A stretch of DNA of 64,000 nucleotides from Bacteroidota bacterium (GTDB lineage Bacteria > Bacteroidota > Bacteroidia > 2-12-FULL-35-15). Shown piece after piece: positions 57,758-64,000 of the stretch. A program made the position numbers and the translations under genes. The stretch lies in assembly GCA_025963775.1 (NCBI GenBank), contig JAOQAD010000041.1, positions 64,751 through 128,750 of the forward strand, given 5' to 3'. Below the pieces are notes generated by a model that did no database searches, was not told the origin of the DNA, and saw only the letters and a list, made by a program, of their open reading frames with translations. Each line of letters begins with the position of its first letter. Within the stretch, counting starts at the first letter, position 1.

Positions 57758-58459
57758 ATGAAGGACAAAGCCATTTTTTGCTGGAGCGGCGGGAAAGACT
57801 CAGCACTTACGCTGTACAGGACGCTGCAGGATCCGGGCCTCGAGATCGTAGCGCTGCTTACCACGCTGAATCAAACGTTCAGGCGCATCTCCATGCACGG
57901 TGTAAGGGAAGAGCTGCTTGAAAAGCAGGCAGCATCGATCGGGCTGCCGCTCATAAAAATGTTTGTTGCCGAAGGAAGCAATGCCGAATACGAAAAGAAC
58001 ATGGAAGCAGTGCTGAGCGAGTACAAGGCGAAAGGTGTTTCCAAAGTGATCTTCGGGGATATTTTCCTTGAAGACCTGAGAACTTATCGTGAAAATAATT
58101 TAAGCAAAGTGGGGCTTACAGCGGAATTTCCTTTGTGGAAAGAAAATACCACCACCCTCATCAATGAATTTTTTGCGCTTGGCTTCCGTACCATTACCTG
58201 TTGTGTGAATGATGCATTTTTAGGAGAAGAAAAAGTGGGAGTGGAGATCAGGCCGGAATTTATAAAAGCGCTTCCCGCCAATGTTGATCCCTGCGGCGAG
58301 AATGGCGAATACCATACGTTTTGCTTTGCCGGGCCGGTGTTCAGATCACCGGTAAATTTTACTGTTGGAGAAAAAGTATACAAGCCGCTTGAACTGAAAA
58401 CCGCAGATTGCGATGCAGGACAAACAAAGGGATTCTGGTTTTGCGATTTGCTGCCCTGA
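57758..58459 (+). CDS. PP-loop ATP pyrophosphatase of the Dph6/MJ0570 family
   Basis: 'CWSGGKDS' PP-loop and 'EYHTF' region. Confidence 0.65.
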   Translation: MKDKAIFCWSGGKDSALTLYRTLQDPGLEIVALLTTLNQTFRRISMHGVREELLEKQAASIGLPLIKMFVAEGSNAEYEKNMEAVLSEYKAKGVSKVIFGDIFLEDLRTYRENNLSKVGLTAEFPLWKENTTTLINEFFALGFRTITCCVNDAFLGEEKVGVEIRPEFIKALPANVDPCGENGEYHTFCFAGPVFRSPVNFTVGEKVYKPLELKTADCDAGQTKGFWFCDLLP

Positions 58460-58480
58460 TTGTTCATAATCCTTACGAAG

Positions 58481-58592
58481 CGTCATCCCGTGCCCCGACA
58501 CGGGATCTCATGATTTTAACGGAATGTTGTAGCCACAGATTCACAGATTTTTTTACTCCATTAAGTTTCACAGATTCATTGCTTCGCAATGT
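58481..58592. repeat. GTCATCCCGTG hairpin plus 'cacagatt' direct repeats
   Basis: 'cgtcatcccgtgccccgacacgggatctc', then 'ccacagattcacagatt...tttcacagattc'. Confidence 0.75.
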
Positions 58593-58719
58593 TGCGCGAT
58601 GATCCGGGCGCAGCCGGGTAGGATCAGATCATAATAAATCCATGATTCGCTTCAGCGATCATAAATTTCATACATAAAAATCATAAAGATCAGCGTTCCA
58701 TTTACACACAGAACCGCAA

Positions 58720-59901
58720 CTACAAACTCCCGTTCACCAGCTCCGCCACTTCTTCACCTACAAGGCTCCCGATCGCAACACCCATTCCACCCATCCGCAC
58801 AGCGCAGAACACATTTTTGCTGACGGCTTTCACAATGCTCTTTTTTGCAGGCCCGACACCCATGATCCCGCTCCAGCGCATCTCTATCTTATAGCTTTGC
58901 TTTGGTAAGATCACATCCTCCAGGAGATTTTCCAGCCTGTTCTGAACAAGCTGTGTAAGGCCGAATTCGGAGGTCGCTTCGGTTTTGAAATCAAGGTTGC
59001 GCCCGCCGCCCAGGAGCACGCGGTCGCCGATGTTCCTGAAATAATAATAGCCGCTGTCGTAATGAAAAGTGCCTTTCAGCTTCAACCCTTTTACAGGGCT
59101 GGTGATAAGCACCTGCGCTCTTGCAGGCTGTACATCATACCCCGGGAGCAGCTGCTGTGCAAAGCCGTTGGTGGCGACAATAACTTTTCTGCAGTTGAAG
59201 CCGATGTTATCCGAAACGATCCGCACCTGTTTTCCTTCATCTTCCAGCTCTTTTACGCCGAAACCGTTCAGGATCTCAATGCCTTCAGCCCTTGCTTTCG
59301 CGATCAGCATGCTGATCATTTTTCCCGTGTCGATCTGTCCTTCCGCGGTGTTTACAATAATATGCTTTAGATTTTTGAACCCGAATGTTTTTATTTTTTC
59401 ATCCGCATTTTTATAGATCGTCTTTTTGCCGGTGATCCCGGAAAGTGATTTGTTGAGATAACCGAGTTGTGCTTCACACCGTTGATACGTATCTGCCGAA
59501 TCAAAAATTTCGTAGCCTCCCCAGTTGTGAAAATCGATGGCTTTATCGCCCAGGTTTTTGCGCAGGCGCGCCAACCCTTTCCATCGTTTTTCAACCGTCG
59601 TAATCACTTCGTTTTCAGAATAATTGTTGAGGTCATCTAATAGCTCGCTTGCGCTGCCGAAACATGCAAATCCTGCGTTTTTGGAACTGGCGCCGCTGGG
59701 AAGGATCCCGCGTTCAAGGACAACAATGCGCAGCTTCCGGTTTTGCATTTTAAGCGAAAGGGCGGCATTCAACCCAACGATCCCGCTGCCGATGACCGCG
59801 ATATCCACATTCTTAAAAAATGTTTCCCGTTCCCAAAAACTTAAGTTCATCATTTTTTGTGTGGTAAGCCCCAAAAGTATTGAAAATAAAGGAGAAAACA
59901 A
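58720..59901 (-). CDS. FAD-dependent oxidoreductase (DadA/glycine-oxidase-like)
   Basis: 'VDIAVIGSGIVGLNAALSL' dinucleotide-binding motif. The start could be the internal 'MMNLSF'. Confidence 0.78.
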   Translation of the reverse strand: MFSPLFSILLGLTTQKMMNLSFWERETFFKNVDIAVIGSGIVGLNAALSLKMQNRKLRIVVLERGILPSGASSKNAGFACFGSASELLDDLNNYSENEVITTVEKRWKGLARLRKNLGDKAIDFHNWGGYEIFDSADTYQRCEAQLGYLNKSLSGITGKKTIYKNADEKIKTFGFKNLKHIIVNTAEGQIDTGKMISMLIAKARAEGIEILNGFGVKELEDEGKQVRIVSDNIGFNCRKVIVATNGFAQQLLPGYDVQPARAQVLITSPVKGLKLKGTFHYDSGYYYFRNIGDRVLLGGGRNLDFKTEATSEFGLTQLVQNRLENLLEDVILPKQSYKIEMRWSGIMGVGPAKKSIVKAVSKNVFCAVRMGGMGVAIGSLVGEEVAELVNGSL

Positions 59902-60037
59902 ATGAGGTGCTATCTCTTGCTGTGAGAGGCTCAGGAGGCCTCAAAGTAATTGTCAACAATAGCTTGAAATATCCTTTTTTTTACGATATTTGTTACATAC
60001 GGGATAAAACTATTAATAAGTAATTGATAATCAAGTG

Positions 60038-63000
60038 ATGAGTATGATTTTTTGGAGCAAAGATCCGGCCTGTAACAAGCCCGTGAAATTTCTGTTGGGA
60101 TTACTGATGGCAATGCTGTTCACTACTGCATTTCTGAATGTAGCAAGCGCACAGAATATTTACGATGTGAACGGGACGGTGAAAAAGAACAAGAAAAAAG
60201 TGGAAGGTGCTGTAGTCAGCCTCTACCGCGGATCCACGCAGGTGCAGCAGGTGGTGACCACTTCCAACGGCCGCTTCAATGTAAAGATGGACCTCAATGC
60301 AGAGTACACGCTCACTATTTCCAAGGCCGGCCATATCACTAAAAAATTCTATTTCAACACAAAGGGTATCCCGGATGAGCGTGCCAAGGAAGAGTTTGGC
60401 GGGCAGGACATTGAAGTCAGCATTTTCGAAATGCCCAAGGATCCCGGTGTTGTCTCCCAGATCAACAGCATCCTCAGCCAGCCAATGGCGAAATTCTATT
60501 ACGATGATAAGATCAAAGAGATCGATTTTGACAAAGCCTATTCACAGTCGATGCTCGATGCGCTTGCAAAGCTGAACCAGATCGAGAAGGAAGCGAACCA
60601 GAAAGCGGAGGAAGAGGCGAAGCAAAAGCAGGAGCTTGAAAGCGCAGCAGCCGGTAAGTATGATGCAGCTATTGCGAAGGGAGATGCCGCATTCGGGAAA
60701 AAGGATTACACCACGGCAAGGGCCGCATACGAAGATGCACTGAGCATTAAGGTTGGCGAGGCTTATCCGAAAGGGAAGATCGTGGAGATCGAGAAATTAC
60801 TGGCCGATGCCCAGAAAAATGCACAGCTGGATAACGATTATAAGGCAGCCATCGCAAAAGCCGATGCAGCCTTTACTTCCAAAGATTATACAAATGCAAA
60901 GACAAGCTACAACGATGCCCTGAAACTGAAACCGGCGGAAGCTTATCCGAAAACAAAGCTTGGAGAGATCGATGCGGCGCTTGCAAAGCTTGCCGGTGAA
61001 AAAGAGCTGAATGCAAAGTACGAAGCTGCCATCGCGAAAGCGGACAAAGCACTTGCAGCAAAGACCTACGATGCTGCAAAAGCAGGGTACAATGAAGCGC
61101 TTGGATTAAAAGCCGCTGAAAAATATCCGAAGGACAAGATCGCGGAGATCGATAAAATTCTTGCAGAACTTGCCAATAAAGAAAAAACGGAGAAAGAGCT
61201 TGCCGCAAAATACGATGCAGCCATCGCAAAAGGCGATAAGGCGCTCGCTGCAAAGGATTATCCCACTGCAAAAGCCGGCTATACCGAAGCATCCGGCTTG
61301 AAACTGGCAGAAGCCTATCCGAAAACAAAGCTTGCCGAGATCGATAAGCTGATGGGCGATATGGCTGCAAAGGAAAAAGCAGAGAAAGAGCTGAATGAAA
61401 AATACACCGCTGCCATTGCAAAAGGCGATAAGGCATTGGCTGCAAAGGATTATCCAACAGCCAAAGCCGGTTACACAGAAGCATCCGGGTTGAAATCGGC
61501 GGAGCAATATCCGAAGGACAAGATCGCGGAGATCGACAAGCTCCTTGCTGACCTCGCTGCGAAAGACAAAGCGGAAAAGGATAAGCTTGCAAAAGAAAAA
61601 GAGCTGGATGCGAAATACCAGGCTGCCATTGCAAAAGGCGATGCCGCGCTTGCGAAGAAGGATTATGCTGCAGCTAAAACAGGCTACACCGAAGCAGGCA
61701 CATTGAAACCTGCAGAGCAATACCCGAAAGATAAATTAGCGGAGATCGACAAAGCAATGGCAGATGCTTCCAAAGCTGCCGAGCAGGAAACAAAGTACAA
61801 GGCAGCAATTGCAAAAGCGGATGCAGCCATGAAGGCAAAAACGTATGATGCTGCGAAAGCAGGCTACAACGAAGCGCTGGCGATCAAATCATCCGAACAA
61901 TATCCGAAAGACAAGCTTGCCGAGATCGATGGGCTGCTGGCGAAGGATGCCGCTTCGAAAGAGCTGAATGACAAGTACAATGCAGCTGTTGCCAAAGCCG
62001 ATAAAGCGCTTGCCGCGAAAACATACGAAGAGGCAAAAGCCGGCTATAATGAAGCACTGGGCGTAAAGCCTGCCGAAGCGTACCCGAAAACAAAGCTGGC
62101 GGAGATCGATAAGATCCTTGCCGACATTGCTGCAAAGGATGCCGCAGAAAAAGACAAGCTGGCGAAAGCAAAGGAGCTGGAGGAAAAATACAAGGCTGCC
62201 ATCGCGAAAGCTGACGGGGCATTCGGCTCAAAGGATTATACCGCTGCCAAAGGCGCATATAATGAAGCCCTCGCGTTGAAAGCAGCAGAGCAGTATCCGA
62301 AAGATAAGATCAAAGAGATCGATGCGATTCTTGCCAAAGAAATGGGGGCAAAAGCACTGGAGGAAAAATATGCTGCAGCCATTGCAAAAGGCGATGCCGC
62401 AATGGGCAAAAAAGATTATACTGCCGCAAAAACAGGCTATTCCGATGCGCTTGCACTGAAGCCGGGCGAGCAATACCCGAAAGATAAATTGCTGGAAGTT
62501 GACAAAGCACTGGGCGATGCTGCTGCTGAAAAAGACCGCCTGGCAAAGCTCGCCGAGCTGGATGCAAAATACAAAGCCGCTGTTGCGAAAGGTGATGCTG
62601 CTTTAAAGGCAAAAACATATCCTGCTGCAAAGTCGGCATACAACGATGCCCTCGCATTGAAAGCAACGGAACAATATCCGAAAGACAAGATCGCGGAGAT
62701 CGATGCGCTGCTCGCGAAGGAAATGGGAGCAAAGGAGCTGGATGATAAATACAAGGCCGCTGTTGCGAAAGGCGATGCCGCATTAAAAGCAAAAAGCTAC
62801 GAAGATGCAAAATCGGGCTACAACGAAGCACTCGGCTTTAAGCCTGCGGAAGCCTATCCGAAAACAAAGCTTGCCGAGATCGACAAAGCGCTTGCCGACC
62901 TTGCTGCAAAAGACAAAGCAGAGCAGGACCGTTTAGCGAAGGAAAAAGAGGCTGCTGAAAAATATGCCGCTGCCATTGCAAAAGCGGATGCGGCGCTCGG

Positions 63001-64000
63001 GCAGAAAGAATACGACGGAGCGAAAGCATCGTACAACGAAGCTGCCGGTTTGAAGCCTTCCGAAAAATATCCGAAGGACAAGATCGCGGAGATCAATGCC
63101 ATCCTCGCCAAGGAGATGGGCGCGAAAGAGCTGGAAAAAAAATATGCTGAAGCAATTACGAAAGGCGATGGCGCTTTGGGAACAAAAGATTTTACTGCTG
63201 CAAAAACACAATACACTGCAGCGCTTGCTTTAAAACCGAATGAGCAGTACCCGAAGGATAAGCTCGCGGAAGTGGACAAGGAGCTTGCTGCGCTCGCTGC
63301 TGCAAAAGACAAGGATGCGGCGCAAAAAGCACTCGAAGCAAAATATGCCGCTGCTATTGCCAAAGGGGACAAAGCGCTTGCCGCGAAAACGTATGATGCT
63401 GCAAAAGGCGCTTATAACGAGGCATTGGCGGTAAAGTCAGGCGAACAATATCCGAAAGACAAACTGGCTGAGATCGATAAGCTGATCGCAGATGCATCTT
63501 CTGAAAAAGAGAAAGCTGCCATCGAAGCAAAATACAAAGCTGCCATCGCGAAAGGTGATAAGGCATTTGCTGCAAAAACATACGATGCTGCGAAAGGCGC
63601 TTACAATGAGGCATTGGGAGTTAAATCATCGGAACAGTATCCGAAAGACAAGCTCACAGAGATCGACAAGATCCTGGATGAGCTGGCAAACAAGGATGCA
63701 GCCGGAAAAGCCCTCACGGAAAAATACAATGCTGCCATCACGAAAGCCGATGCTGCACTTGCTTCCAAAGATTATGAGGGCGCCAAAGCCGGATACAACG
63801 AAGCACTCGGACTGAAGCCTGCTGAAAAATATCCGAAGGACAAGCTGGCTGCGATCGATGCACTGATCGCGAAAGAGGCCGGTGCAAAGGAAACGGAAGA
63901 AAAATACAAAGCTGCGATCGCGAAAGCGGATGAGGCATTTGCTGCGAAGAATTACCCGGATGCCAAAACTTCTTACGCGGAAGCTTCCGGCTTAAAGCCT
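60038..64000 (+). CDS. Giant secreted tandem-repeat protein: CarboxypepD_reg-like N-domain followed by at least 22 Ala/Lys-rich 57-60 aa repeats (3' end outside the window)
   Basis: Signal peptide '...LLGLLMAMLFTTAFLNVASAQ'. The N-domain 'NIYDVNGTVKKNKKKVEGAVVSLYRGSTQVQQVVTTSNGRFNVKMDLNAEYTLTISKAGH' is CarboxypepD_reg-like. Repeat unit is '(K/E)Y.AAIAKGD.ALAAKDY..AK.GY.EALGLKPAEQYPKDK(I/L)AEIDK.LA....K'. The frame is open to the window edge, and the DNA repeats are near-identical. Confidence 0.8.
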   Translation, partial: MSMIFWSKDPACNKPVKFLLGLLMAMLFTTAFLNVASAQNIYDVNGTVKKNKKKVEGAVVSLYRGSTQVQQVVTTSNGRFNVKMDLNAEYTLTISKAGHITKKFYFNTKGIPDERAKEEFGGQDIEVSIFEMPKDPGVVSQINSILSQPMAKFYYDDKIKEIDFDKAYSQSMLDALAKLNQIEKEANQKAEEEAKQKQELESAAAGKYDAAIAKGDAAFGKKDYTTARAAYEDALSIKVGEAYPKGKIVEIEKLLADAQKNAQLDNDYKAAIAKADAAFTSKDYTNAKTSYNDALKLKPAEAYPKTKLGEIDAALAKLAGEKELNAKYEAAIAKADKALAAKTYDAAKAGYNEALGLKAAEKYPKDKIAEIDKILAELANKEKTEKELAAKYDAAIAKGDKALAAKDYPTAKAGYTEASGLKLAEAYPKTKLAEIDKLMGDMAAKEKAEKELNEKYTAAIAKGDKALAAKDYPTAKAGYTEASGLKSAEQYPKDKIAEIDKLLADLAAKDKAEKDKLAKEKELDAKYQAAIAKGDAALAKKDYAAAKTGYTEAGTLKPAEQYPKDKLAEIDKAMADASKAAEQETKYKAAIAKADAAMKAKTYDAAKAGYNEALAIKSSEQYPKDKLAEIDGLLAKDAASKELNDKYNAAVAKADKALAAKTYEEAKAGYNEALGVKPAEAYPKTKLAEIDKILADIAAKDAAEKDKLAKAKELEEKYKAAIAKADGAFGSKDYTAAKGAYNEALALKAAEQYPKDKIKEIDAILAKEMGAKALEEKYAAAIAKGDAAMGKKDYTAAKTGYSDALALKPGEQYPKDKLLEVDKALGDAAAEKDRLAKLAELDAKYKAAVAKGDAALKAKTYPAAKSAYNDALALKATEQYPKDKIAEIDALLAKEMGAKELDDKYKAAVAKGDAALKAKSYEDAKSGYNEALGFKPAEAYPKTKLAEIDKALADLAAKDKAEQDRLAKEKEAAEKYAAAIAKADAALGQKEYDGAKASYNEAAGLKPSEKYPKDKIAEINAILAKEMGAKELEKKYAEAITKGDGALGTKDFTAAKTQYTAALALKPNEQYPKDKLAEVDKELAALAAAKDKDAAQKALEAKYAAAIAKGDKALAAKTYDAAKGAYNEALAVKSGEQYPKDKLAEIDKLIADASSEKEKAAIEAKYKAAIAKGDKAFAAKTYDAAKGAYNEALGVKSSEQYPKDKLTEIDKILDELANKDAAGKALTEKYNAAITKADAALASKDYEGAKAGYNEALGLKPAEKYPKDKLAAIDALIAKEAGAKETEEKYKAAIAKADEAFAAKNYPDAKTSYAEASGLKP

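Noticed and set aside
5848-58720. Possibility that the recurring hairpin repeats constitute a CRISPR array
   Set aside because: The repeats are palindromic, heterogeneous in length (26-55 bp) and scattered in separate intergenic regions, not regularly spaced with unique spacers. No cas genes are present.
60873-63938. Nine long minus-strand ORFs (up to 253 aa) tiled across the tandem-repeat gene
   Set aside because: They are antisense to a strongly supported plus-strand repeat protein. Their translations are low-complexity Leu/Gln/Arg/Ser or Ala/Ser/Phe strings that simply mirror the Ala/Lys codon repeats. They have no start context and are fragmented by stops at repeat boundaries.
1-64000. 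Search for tRNA, rRNA, tmRNA, integrase/transposase or canonical defence genes (RM, Abi, CBASS, retron RT, toxin-antitoxin)
   Set aside because: No cloverleaf-compatible tRNA signature (for example a GTTCGAATC T-arm), no rRNA-like segments, and no ORF with recombinase, nuclease/ATPase or reverse-transcriptase motifs was seen. The window looks like core chromosome plus envelope/polysaccharide loci, not a mobile or defence island.

Overview
This is a chromosomal segment from a Bacteroidota genome, probably Chitinophagia or Sphingobacteriia. The assignment rests on a T9SS C-terminal sorting domain in the first gene, TAnnTTTG-type -7 promoter boxes, DUF4199/DUF4294-type proteins and abundant GTCATCC-type intergenic hairpin repeats. 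Most of the window is core metabolism and housekeeping: prfC, rplS, trmD, the bioB-bioF-bioD-bioA operon, a ZapA-like gene followed by rny, accC, pcm, a pseudouridine synthase, hbd and an aldehyde dehydrogenase. There is also a 10-gene cell-surface polysaccharide locus (27.9-37.7 kb: flippase, Wzy-like protein, epimerase, GT4, NeuD/PglD-like acetyltransferase, GT2, O-antigen-ligase-like protein, DCC oxidoreductase, DegT aminotransferase, PglC-like sugar transferase) and a second WbaP-type sugar transferase at 49.5 kb. No canonical defence system, integrase, transposase, CRISPR array, tRNA or rRNA was recognised. The unusual features are: (1) a giant secreted protein (60038 to beyond 64000) made of at least 22 near-identical 57-60 aa tandem repeats; (2) a six-gene, translationally coupled operon of uncharacterised secreted proteins (8619-13852) headed by a TPR protein that stops at the start of a PP2C/SpoIIE-type motif; (3) a secreted protein with a protein-glutaminase-like Cys-His-Asp signature inserted between trmD and rplS; (4) several families of small hairpin-forming interspersed repeats that fill many intergenic regions, including a 135-bp two-hairpin element present in two copies. 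All product calls come from reading the translated ORFs and recalling family motifs. No database search was run.
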